A stretch of DNA of 64,000 bases from Octopus sinensis (Eukaryota): NCBI RefSeq assembly GCF_006345805.1, contig NC_043007.1, positions 39,680,001 through 39,744,000 of the forward strand. Reading direction: 5' to 3'. Positions within the stretch are counted from its first letter, which is position 1. Each line of letters opens with the position of its first letter. The notes under the pieces were generated by a model. The model had not been told where the DNA came from. It saw nothing but the letters and a program-made list of their open reading frames with translations, and ran no database searches. This document shows, piece by piece, positions 52,323 through 64,000 of this stretch. Position numbers and translations under genes: made by a program.

Positions 52323-52559
52323 CATACAAACAGCATATAAACAAAAAGAAAGCAGTTATAATTACACAACACACTTCTATGTGCCGTGGTGGTGGTGGTG
52401 GTGGTGGTTGTGGTGGTGGTTGTGGTGGTGGTGCTGGTGCTGGTTGCAGTGGTGGTGAAGGTGAGGGTGGGCCGAGAAGGTAAAAAAAAAAAGTTAACGA
52501 AATATTCAGATATGTAAAAGTCTACGTATACGTGCGTGTATGTGTATACCTATATCTTT

Positions 52560-52596
<37 letters not shown>

Positions 52597-52601
52597 GTGT
52601 G

Positions 52602-52632
<31 letters not shown>

Positions 52633-53364
52633 AGTGTGTTTATATATATAGAGGTGTGTGAGTTTACATATACATATATACATATATGTATATGTATATC
52701 TGTATGTGTGTGTATATATATATATACACGCACATACATAAATATATATATATGTATATACACATACATACCCATATATATATACACACACAAGCATATA
52801 CATATATATATGTGTGTGTGTGTGTATGTGCACATATATATATATGCGTATGTTAGATATACAAAGAGGCATACATGCATACATAAACAAACATACACAT
52901 ACATGCATACATACGCACAAATATACATGCATACATACGTGTGTATGTATGTATATAAATATATATATATATATATATTATATATAGAGATATATGCATG
53001 TATGTAAACATCATATGAAACAAACAATGAGAGGCGAATAGGGAATTGTATGGAAGTAGATATAAAACAAAACCGATTGTTAATAGGCATTGAAATATCA
53101 GTGTCTCATATTATGCCTGTCTATCTATCCATCTGTCTATCTGTCTATCTGTCTATCTATCTTTCTGTCTGTCTGTGTGTCTGTCAGTCTATCTGTTTGT
53201 CTGTGTCAGTTGACGTAAACCCCTCCCCACACATATAAGTGCGTTTATATGCATTTGTTTGTATGTGTGTATACATACATATCCTTAGATATAGTTGTAT
53301 GCATACATCTACACATACACACGCTCACACATACAGATACACATACATCCCCCCATATATATAT

Positions 53365-53396
<32 letters not shown>

Positions 53397-53524
53397 CATG
53401 CATATATATATATACATACATATATATATATATATATATAATATATATATATATAATATATATATATATATATACATGTATGCATTTACATACACACATA
53501 CACATATATATACATACATATATA

Positions 53525-53900
53525 TTATTATGGCTGCCCCCTCGTTTTCGAGTATGGCCATTGCACGAAGCTTAACTGTTACTGGTGCTGTGATCGAACG
53601 TAACTTTTTAGCCCAGCTAAAGATCTACAATGTCTTGTACAAAATTGGCAACTAAAACCTTTACCGGTAATAGCCGGCTGTAGTTGTAACTGGGCTTCAT
53701 GTACCTTTGCATGTCGTTTTTGTCCTCCTGCCGAATTACACTCCCTTCTACATGCCCGACAGATATGATTAGTATGGTGTGTTACACCACCACCAGTGGC
53801 CAGGTTGTCACTCATCTGTCTCGTTTTATGACTACGAAGGTGACTCATGAGTCCAGCTTTACTGAGGCAGAGTCTTGCACATTTATCTACACGTATTTAC
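53525..53900 (-). mobile_element. RTE-clade LINE 3' end with C2H2-like fingers
   Basis: [61 protein letters not shown], then the 3' UTR ggccatactcgaaaacgagggggcagcc and a short (ATA) tail. Confidence 0.7.
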
Positions 53901-54049
53901 AAGAATCTGTATTACTTTACTGGTTTCATTCTTCGGGCTATGCCTACACTAGGGTATCAATTCGTGGCATCTTATGGGACAGAAAAGAACAGAATAAATA
54001 TGATTTGTTTGTAGACAGTAACCACAAACACTTGATTTAGACCCAAATG

Positions 54050-55043
54050 TGAACATACACATGTACATGCATACATACATACATACATACATACATACAT
54101 AATGCATACATACATACATACATACATACATAATGCATAAATACATACATACATACATACATACATACATACATACATACATAATGCATACTACATACAT
54201 ACATACATACTTGCATGCATACATACATACATACATACATACATAATGCATACTACATACATACATACATGCATGCATGCATACATACATACATACATAC
54301 AACATACATACATACATACATAATGCATACATACATAATGCATACATACTACATACATAATGCATACATACATACATACATACATACATACATACATAAT
54401 GCATACATACTACATACATACATACATACATAAATACATACATAATACATAATGCATACATAAATACATACATACATACATACATACATACATACATTAC
54501 ATACATACATACATACTTGCATGCATACATACATACATACATACATACATAATGCATACATACTACATACATACATACATACATACATAATGCATACATA
54601 CATACATAATGCATACATACATACATACATACATACATACATACATACATACATACATACATAATGCATACATACATACATACATACATACATAAATACA
54701 TACATACATACTAATGCATACTACATACATACATACATACATACATACATACTTGCATGCATACATACATACATACATCATACATAATGCATACATACAT
54801 ACATACATACATACATACATACATACATAATGCATACATACATACATACATACATACATACATACATACATACATACATACATACATACATAATGCATAC
54901 ATACATACATACATACATACATACATACATACATACATAATGCATACATACATACATACATACATACATACATACATACATACATACATACATACATAAT
55001 GCATACATACATACATACATACATACATGCATGCATGCATACA

Positions 55044-55074
<31 letters not shown>

Positions 55075-55075
55075 G
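54050..55075. repeat. ~1-kb (CATA)n array punctuated by cataatgcat units
   Basis: Direct reading. Confidence 0.95.
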
Positions 55076-55428
55076 TGCAATACAGCTTTGGCAACCATAA
55101 TTCTTCGAAGATTAACTGCAGAATGTATAAGATTATCGGCCAGCAATTTCGGGAAGCGTGGGGTAAGTCGATTACATCGACCCCTGTGCTCCACTAGTAC
55201 AACATCAATCTTGGTAGGATTCGAACATAGAATATAAAGCCGGATGAGATGCTATCGATTCTGCCAGCTTATCGTCTTCTGAACTGTACAGAATATTGAA
55301 ACGTTTGTGTCTAAAAACCGTTGAACGGCAGAAAAATGTGTGAGTAGAGTTAACTCTCCAGCTTGACAACCCCGAATCAACAAAAAAAGCTTGTCGTAAG
55401 ATTCATAATGTTTGATACCATAGGAAAA

Positions 55429-56683
55429 CTGCATTTGCTGAACCTCTGCCTTCCCCAGCAGCATTGATAAGTGTAATAAAAATTGGTATCCAAACTAGGA
55501 GAAATGGTCAATGGCTCAATGAAGCATGGAAGCAGTTCTCTGATGATTTGAGCAACCAAGTGCAGAATTCTCTTGACCCTTTAAATATTCCAAATGGCAG
55601 AGTTAACGCCGAAGATTATCTGAGTGTATTGACTGATGATGTTCATCGTATGCTACAAACATTGTTCTCAGATGGCAGCGCAACCTTCCAGGACGAGTAT
55701 GCTCTGTTTCACATGGCTTACGTTCTGCAAAATTAGTACAAAAAGCACAAAACTGAAGTAGACCCCTTAGATCACAGCCCCACCCCTAAGATAACAGAAT
55801 CTCAATATAATCGAATATTTATGGTGCCTTTTGGAGCAGTAAGTGAGTAACTGATCACCTTCGCTATCGTCGCAGAATGAGCAATGGCAGATTGTACTTG
55901 AAGAATGGCTCAATATTCACCGACAAGACGTTCAGAACCTGTCAATTCTTCGACTTATTACCTCCGCCAAGGAAGGAGGTTATGTTTCCATTGGTGTTGG
56001 TTTGTCCGTCTGTCCGTCAGTGTGCAAAATAACTCAAAACATTGTAAACGGTATTTGATGAAACTTGCAGAAAAAGTTGGTAATGACATAAGGAATAGAT
56101 GATGAAATTTTGGTAGAAATCCGGGAATTTTATGGATTCTTGAAGGATTCTCTATTTGTTATATTTACTTTAAATGAAGTATTACAATGTTACGTTCTTT
56201 GATTATCTCACTTCAAAACACGATCACCGTTTCCTCGTAATATGTGGTGGTGTTGCTGTTTCCAAAGGTTATTTCGTTTCTCTATTAGTAATTTTACTCG
56301 CGTATCTTTCTTAACATTCAAGTTTTAGGTAATTGTTGCTTCTTTTTAATTGTATGGTGACACTAGTTTGCTGTTGTCATTGATGTATCATAACTGCTTC
56401 AGATGATTCCTGTTTTTAAAGTTCTTTTTTAAAAAATCATATGGCTGTGTTATTTTTTTTAACCCCCGCCAAGGAGGTTGTTTTTGCCGGCGTTGGTTTG
56501 GGAAATTGGGCGATTTTCAGCATGCGTGTATATGGGTAGAAATGAGCTGCTTGGCGGAGGTCTGCGCTCCCCGAGTGCTTTTCTAGTTAAAGACGTGATT
56601 GATGCCAAAGGTGTACCAACTTCATATTGAATAATACAAACTCTATTTCACAAGGTGTTTCCATTTTTTGTGTCCAATCACTG
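55429..56683 (+). pseudogene. Decayed Tc1-type transposase 3' fragment, copy 2, with right TIR remnant
   Basis: GRVNAEDYLSVLTDDVHRMLQTLFSDGSATFQDEYALFH; NLNIIEYLW; EEWLNI; VIDAKGVPT; TIR-like ggtgtttccattttttgtgtccaatcactg. Confidence 0.82.
55958..56588 (+). mobile_element. Non-autonomous Helentron/DINE-1-like element
   Basis: Subterminal inverted repeats cctccgccaag (55961-55971) / cttggcggagg (56550-56560), 3' hairpin gcgctc-ccc-gagtgc, ends ctagtt; sits at a TT in the empty site of copy 1 (cgacttattaaagac). Confidence 0.8.
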
Positions 56684-56686
56684 TTT

Positions 56687-56729
<43 letters not shown>

Positions 56730-56750
56730 GATATATTTATATATTATTTA

Positions 56751-56809
<59 letters not shown>

Positions 56810-57299
56810 ATATACATAGATATCAAACATTCATATTTATATGTATATACATTCATACATACACACACACACACACACAAGGGCACACGCACACCTCACA
56901 CATATTTTCAGTAGTAATATGGTAAATATCTCCGCCTGTCACTCAGAGGGCCGGCGTTCAATTTAGAATGGCCGCAGTGTAATGATTGAAACAAATAATA
57001 AAAATATATATATATATCAACGGCGGTTCCAGCACTCAGGCCGTTCGAGTTTAGCCCAAGTATAAATTTAGTAAAGTGAACGTGTATTTGCAAGCTGATT
57101 TGCTTTTTGCCAACACTGACTTCAAACAATAAATTGGCTCCTTTTGCAGTTCATTTATTTTCATTCAGCGTCTGGAGGTCGTCTTTGAGGTGCCTTGTGT
57201 CAAAAAAAAGTCTGTCGTAGTAGACGTTCTCTCGATACCGTTCACGCACGCCTGTCTTGTACTCAGAAGATACATCCCGAGTTGTTGTCTATAATCGTA

Positions 57300-57890
57300 A
57301 AAATTAAAAGTAATTCAAATTCAATGTTTTCTCGGAACAATATATTTTTATAGAGATTAGGATTTAAATTCCAATCTATGGAAAGTTTCCATATACAATA
57401 TTCGCAAAGGAACGAAATATTATTCAGGAACTCGAGCTAATACGATTGAGCCTGGTAGGTGTAAAAGACTAACTAGCATCTCTTGTCAAGAGTACAGGTG
57501 ACAGTCAGATCACTGATGTTTGTTGTGCACTCGGCTATCGTCATTTCATTGCTGTTATTCTGTGCGTCTGTGTTTAAAGATCAGTTGTGCTTTGCAAGGT
57601 TGATTTATTTTTACTGTTAACTTAGAAACGGAGAAAAACAGTGCTAGATATAAAAATAAGATATTTGGGGCTAGAAATAAAGCGGAAAAACTTGAAATTC
57701 TTCGCGCAGGCATGTGCCTTATGCAAAATCTGTGATGAGCCCGAATGATGCGGATGGCCCGAAATGGTTGTGACTTCTGGTACTTGACTGAGGAAAGAAA
57801 GCCACGAATTTTTTTTTTGCCTGTCCTTCTAATTGTTGTTTCTCTTCTCCGCCTTTCTATCTTCTATCTGTCCGAATGTTTTAATATCCT
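57300..57890 (+). repeat. Family X copy
   Basis: Homologous to 32655-33120 (-) and, more weakly, to 27705-27850 (-). Confidence 0.75.
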
Positions 57891-58192
57891 CAACTGCGTT
57901 TTTGTTCCATTTATTATCTCCTCTACTGTCCCTCTAGCGTCTAACGTCTGACCTCTGACCTCTGAGCTCTGCCTGAAGTCAGAACGCCATGATAGATTGT
58001 TAGCTCCTACACGCATTTTTTTCTCTCCTGGCTTCGCTCCTTGTTTTTTTTCTGTGTATCTTTCTGTCGAAGAGCGTAGGCTGGAAACGTAAAAGACTTG
58101 TTCTATTTCTGTTCCTGAGCGCCATACTAATACATTTGTTTGTTTGTACTCCACCTACCTTCGTCTCTTATTTATTTTCGTAAACCTTCCCG

Positions 58193-58281
<89 letters not shown>

Positions 58282-58378
58282 CTATTGTTTTATCGTGAGA
58301 AAAGCGCTGTTGAAGTGTTAAGTGAAATTTAGTAATCGAAGATCGAATCCACGCTATGCCTGCATGAAGCCACTACAA

Positions 58379-59550
58379 ATACGTTGTGGAATACAAAATT
58401 TATCAAGGAAAAATTGTAACTGTAAAAATTCAGAATTATCGGAGTAATAGACATTCAAAAAAGTATATATGTATAGAAATGTATGAATAAAGTCTTTAAA
58501 GTTTAAGATTCAAATCAAGGAAGTGCAATAATAATGTTTAGCAGTTCAAAACTGTGAGTAGTGAAATGCAGAATTAGTTCGGGTGATCGTGAGCATCAAA
58601 TATTGATCGCTTCGCTAAAAACTACAGGTGGTATGGGTTATTTCCCTTGAGTTGTTTAAATAAAATATTAGTAATATGTAGTAGATAGAAGGATCCATTG
58701 GAGGGGCCCTATTATCGATTTTGTTTTTCAACAATCTAAGTATGTCACTAGGTTTCCAGATATGAGTTCTACTCATGTTTCAAATAATGTATAAAAGTTA
58801 TATTGTCTGCAAAAATTAGAAATTGTACACACACACAAAACAAATCAATATTCAAAGTAATCGAACATAAAAAATGAAACCTGTAAAATATTTCTAAATT
58901 CGATGGATGAAAATGTTGTATGAAAATGTTGTATGAACTGTAAATAAGCAATAAGTATTATGATTTGTAAAATAAGTGTAAGTGATCCAGGGTGTCCCAG
59001 TTGAATGCGGTATGGAAGTTTGGTTTCATTTTTTAAGAATTTTAAGCATTCAAAGTATGAGTTCATTGTATTGGGACACACTTATTAAATACGTTCTGGA
59101 ATCAAAAATTTATGGACTGTCATCGAAAAATTTTAACTAGAAAAATGTAGAATTATCTGAGTTATGAGCATTGAAAGTGTATATGCATCAAGAAAGTGCA
59201 ATAATAAGGTTTAGCAGTTAAAAACTGTGAGTAGTGAAATGCAGAATTCGGTCCGCTGATCGTGAGAATCAAATATTGATAGCTTCGCTAAAATCTAACA
59301 ACTGTAAGTGCAGGTGCTATGGGTTATTTCCCTTGGATGCTTTAAAAAAAATTAGTTATATGTGGTAGATATAAAGATCCCTTCCAGGGACCGTATTACC
59401 GATTTTTTCAACAATCTGAGTATGTCACGAGGTTTCCAGACATGACTTCTACTCACGTGTCAAGTTTCATTAAAATTAATAAAACGATGTAGGAGGAGTT
59501 AGCTAACAACGGCACAAACAAACACACACCGATTTTCCACATATGTAGTA
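58379..59550 (-). mobile_element. Diverged ~400-bp direct repeat pair, probably Helitron-type non-autonomous DNA
   Basis: 58379-58790 resembles 59089-59465 (gtgcaataataa..tttagcagtt..aaactgtgagtagtgaaatgcagaatt...); the second ends in caagtttcattaaaatt..gtaggaggagtt..acaaacaaacacacac, recalled as a Helitron 5' architecture on the minus strand. Confidence 0.5.
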
Positions 59551-59595
59551 TATATATATACACATATACATACATATATATATACATATACATTC

Positions 59596-59634
<39 letters not shown>

Positions 59635-59886
59635 TATATATATGTATAGAAGGTTTTTGTAGTGTATGTGTGTTTCCTGCTTGTTTGTGTGTATGTATGT
59701 ATCTGTCTACTTTTGTGTGTATGCGTACAGAGAAAGAGTTAGGCGGTGGTGTGGGAGATGAAGTAACATGTGGAAACATATGGTATGTGTGACGACTGAA
59801 TAGACATCAAATCATTTATAATGGAGCGTTTTAATAGTTTAGCATTACTATCATTGTGTAAGCGTGAGAGTACACACACACACACA

Positions 59887-59917
<31 letters not shown>

Positions 59918-59998
59918 ATACATATGTACGTATATGTGTATATGTATATGTATATGTATATATATATATGTATGTATATACATACACACACACACACG

Positions 59999-60030
<32 letters not shown>

Positions 60031-60101
60031 AATTTTTATATCTTAATCTTTTCAGTTATATCAACAGAGCATGACCGATATCTTTGAATCCAAAGTCTCA
60101 A

Positions 60102-60133
<32 letters not shown>

Positions 60134-60204
60134 ACAACACCACCACCAACAACAACAATAATAACAATAACAACAGCAACAACAACAACAACAATAACTA
60201 CATC

Positions 60205-60238
<34 letters not shown>

Positions 60239-60479
60239 GCATTACCTACAATGGCAACAACAACCACAGCAGTTACAACAGCAACATATATAACGATAGT
60301 AAGGAAGACAAGCGAACCGCCAATCAGGAAATTTTAGAAAAATACACATAAAATGGAAATATATTAAAAAAAGCATAAAACTAACAATAAATTGTGATTT
60401 TAAGGGAAGAGATTAGTCGATAACAACGATCCTAACACTCCACCAGTAACCTATCTTATTGCCTCCGAAATGTAAAGCT

Positions 60480-60960
60480 TATTCTGGGCGGAATTTGTAA
60501 AGAGACAGAAAAATTGCCGTTGAGTATTCTGCCAGCTCGCCACCTCAATAATCCTTTCCATTATAGGCACAAGGCTTGACTGGTATTTATATACTTTTCT
60601 ACTCTCGGCACAAGGCCCGAAATTTTGGGGGAAGGGGCCAGTCGAATGGATCGACTCTAGTAGGCAACTGGTACTCAATTTATCGACCCCCGAAAGGATG
60701 AAAGGCAAAGTCGACGTCGACAGACGAAATACTTGTTTCTTCATTACCCACAAGGGGATAAACACAGAGAGGACAAACAAGGACAGACAAACGGATTAAG
60801 TCGATTATATCGACCCCAGTGCGTAACTGGTACTTATTTAATCGACCCCGAAAGGATGAAAGGCAAAGTCGACCTCGGCGAAATTTCAACTCAGAACGTA
60901 AAGACAGACGAAATACCGCTAAGCATTTCTCCCGGCGTACTAACGATTCTGCCAGTTCTA
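60480..60960 (-). mobile_element. Stacked SINE family B copies
   Basis: Two central domains and both tail types. Confidence 0.85.
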
Positions 60961-60997
60961 TCATCGACTGCGAAAGGATGAAAGGCCAAGTCACCTC

Positions 60998-61084
<87 letters not shown>

Positions 61085-61775
61085 TCTTTCTGTTATACGC
61101 ACAAGCACGACCTTAAAATTGGTGGGAAATATAAGTCAGTGATATCTATCCCCGTGTCCGGCGTGCCAACGATTCTGCCATTTTAAAGCGTTATTAATAA
61201 TAGCTCTATTTATTTCAAATTTCTGTAGAGTCGATTACATCGATGGCAGATCTGAACTGGTACTTATTTTATCAACGAGGAAAGGAGAATAGACCTCGGT
61301 GGAATTTGAACTAGCAACATAAAACCGGAAGAAATGGTGCTAAGTATTTTATTCGACGCGTTGGTTTCAAATATTGGCATGAGTCCAACAATTTTGAGTG
61401 GAGTGGGCAAGTCGATTACATCGACCCGAGCACATCACTGGCAGTAAAAATAAAGATATCAATAATACAACCTAAACAAAACAATACGTAAACACAAAAC
61501 TCATTCTTCAAAGTAATTATCCAATGAAATAAACTTTCACCAGAAAACTAGATAACCAACGCATTACACACCCAACACATAATACAGAAAGTAATACAAC
61601 AAAAAAATGCACCACACCTCAAACGAAAGGAAGAAACTGACGTAACACAATACCCGGAAGCGTCTGCGCACTCCCAGCAACAGAAAAGAACACACAATAC
61701 TGCACACACCCCAGCAACATGGTAGCGTAGCAGGTTGATGCAGTAGAAATTTGCCTTCAACTACCAAATGTTGAA

Positions 61776-61826
<51 letters not shown>

Positions 61827-61929
61827 AACCACCACCACCAATCCACCACCACCACCACCACCACCACCACTACTACTACTACTAATGATAATAATAATAA
61901 TAATGATAATGATGATGATAACGATAACG

Positions 61930-61990
<61 letters not shown>

Positions 61991-62006
61991 TGATGATGAT
62001 GATGAT

Positions 62007-62280
62007 AAGGAAATACGTAAGTTTTGGGCAATGAAGAGAGTGGACGTGATACCAAGAGTAACTGGCGCGCTTGGAAGTCATCAGCGCTCAACTACCAGCA
62101 TGGCTCAAAACGATTGGTACAAATGTAAAGATAGAACACTTAAAATAATCATCATTGATTGGCCCTGCAAGAGTTCTCCGCAGGGTTCAAGAAGAAAACA
62201 TCTGTCTCCTTAGTCTGCTGGTTGCGGACAGTTAACACTATCCATCATACTCAGCAAAATGAGCCGAGAGTTTCATCAAA
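62007..62280 (+). pseudogene. R4/Dong-type extreme 3' end
   Basis: KEIRKFWAMKRVDVIPRVTGALG/..WLKTIGTNVKIEHLK*SSLIGPARVLRRV; preceded by (TAA)(GAT)n and followed by a short TAA run. Confidence 0.7.
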
Positions 62281-63308
62281 TAATAATACTGATAAAAATA
62301 ACCCTTTATATTATAGGCCTGAAATTATAGAAGGCCTGGAATAATAGAAGGGAGTAGTCGATTACATCGACCCCAGTTGTCAACTGGTCCTTATTTTATC
62401 AAAGATGAGAAGGAAAGTGGACCTTGGCGGAATTTGGACTTAGCACGTAAAGCCGGACGAAATGCCGTCAACCACTTTGTACGGCGTGTTAACGATTGTG
62501 CCAACGAAATTCAATATGTAGGAAAATGGCATGACGTCAAGTACAGGGGCTGCGATGTGATTTGAACTCAGAAAATGGGGAACTAGGAAATATCAATAAC
62601 AGGAATAACTAGAGCAACGGGAACCACGATATCAGCAGTAATTATGAAGAGCCTTAATTAAAATTAAATTAGCATTTTAAACGTATTTCTGTGTTTATCT
62701 ATGTACATGTATGCACGTATGTGTGTGTATAAGTTTGTCTGGATACACACACACATATATATACATACATACACACATACATATACACACACACTCAGGC
62801 ACACATTCACACACACATATATTGATACATGGATACATGGATATATATACTACGTCTTAAATTACATATTGTCAATTTGTAGGCATGTGTTCCTTTATGT
62901 ATGTGTGTATATATGCCTTTATGTCGTCCGAGCGTATGCATATATATATATATATATACATATATACACACATATATATATATGTGTGTGTGTGTGTATA
63001 TATATATATATCTATGCATGTGTGTATGTATAGACGTAGGTTTCTTATTTGTCTGTAGGTATTGATTTCCTACCTGTGTCGGTCAACACCTGCTACACTT
63101 AGACATGTTATGGAGTTTAAACATAAGTGAGCAACAATAGCGTAAATGACAGATATTATAAAGCAATTGAGGATGTTCACTTGAGACTCATGTACACGCA
63201 CACACGTGCGCGCGAGCACAACCATATACAGATACATACAGAATGATGTGTATAAACATATATATAGAAGTAAGTATATGAATATGTACATGTCTGTATT
63301 TATACCTA

Positions 63309-63906
63309 CGAGATATGGCTGAAAAGATTCCTGGCTTTGGGTAACCGAAAATAGAGGAGGATCAACTAATTATGATTTTATTCAACACTAGCAGTATCGC
63401 ACGGCGTTGCTCGGTTTGTAAGGGAAATAACTATATAAGCATTTTTAGAGAGTTATAGCCAAAATATAGCAAAAAATGCATTAAAAATGGAAAAAAATTA
63501 TGGTAATTTTTTTAAAAAATCGTTGACTCATCGTAGACACTTTTAGAGAGTTACTTCCCTTATATAATAGCGAAAAAAATGCATTAAAATGGAAAAAAAT
63601 GATAATTTTTTTTTTTAATCGTAGACTCATCGTAGACGCGCGCTAATACCCAGAAGGGCTCGATATAAATCACGATTATAAGATACCCGGTTTTGGTTAA
63701 ACTGTACCGCAAAATGTGGGAGTAGTTAGGAATCTAAATCGTAGGAGACAGACACACAACTTCACTTTTATATATAAAGATATTCTTCTCACGTTGCAAC
63801 CGTCCTTCAGTTTTTCTAAGCCCAGTAAAAGATCTCGAAAAGCTGGACCTCCACTCATGTTCTTTCGTGGCACCCTTAAAGCCAGGAATTTTTCAGCACC
63901 CCCTTG
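63309..63906. mobile_element. Tc1/mariner-type MITE interrupted by a Helitron
   Basis: TA|cgagatatggctgaaaagattcctggcttt ... aaagccaggaatttttcagcacccccttg|TA imperfect TIRs. Confidence 0.75.
63388..63780 (-). mobile_element. Non-autonomous Helitron, 393 bp (same family as 3985-4377)
   Basis: Minus strand A|TCTTTATATATAAAA ... ACCGAGCAACGCCGTG..CTAG|T; no TSD. Confidence 0.88.
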
Positions 63907-63954
63907 TATATCTGTACGTATGCATGTATGTACACACACACCCGCGCGCGCCCG

Positions 63955-63995
<41 letters not shown>

Positions 63996-64000
63996 TATAT

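Noticed and set aside
57080-57260. Faint resemblance to a hAT transposase on the minus strand
   Set aside because: Too degenerate to support by eye.
57728-57775. GTGATGA...GAAA hammerhead-like spacing in family X (also ~32660-32710, minus strand)
   Set aside because: Core C is replaced by G, and no stem III or UH site can be formed.

Overview
AT-rich, microsatellite-saturated eukaryotic DNA. The repeat landscape looks, from memory, like an octopus (coleoid cephalopod) genome; this is an inference. No host protein-coding exon, rRNA, true tRNA gene or CRISPR array can be supported. Most ORFs in the supplied track are translations of (TA)n, (CA)n, (CATA)n, (TAA)n or (GAT)n repeats. The non-simple sequence is a dense mix of mobile-element remains: a Penelope-like element (RT + GIY-YIG) in a 4.4-kb inverted structure (28.1-32.5 kb), R4/Dong-type LINE fragments (all on +, mostly abutting TAA/GAT tracts), L1/Tx1-type fragments (all on -), an RTE 3' end, several mariner/Tc1 remnants and MITEs, non-autonomous Helitrons, a Helentron-like element and at least four tRNA-headed SINE families. 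There is one 100-N gap. The most interesting signals are: a perfect 58-bp-arm palindrome carrying two opposed minimal hammerhead-ribozyme cores (5438-5556); the Penelope inversion architecture built around a 33-bp segment present three times; and a locally duplicated decayed Tc1 fragment whose two copies supply empty sites for four later insertions. All family assignments come from manual translation and motif recognition, with no database searches; many boundaries are approximate.
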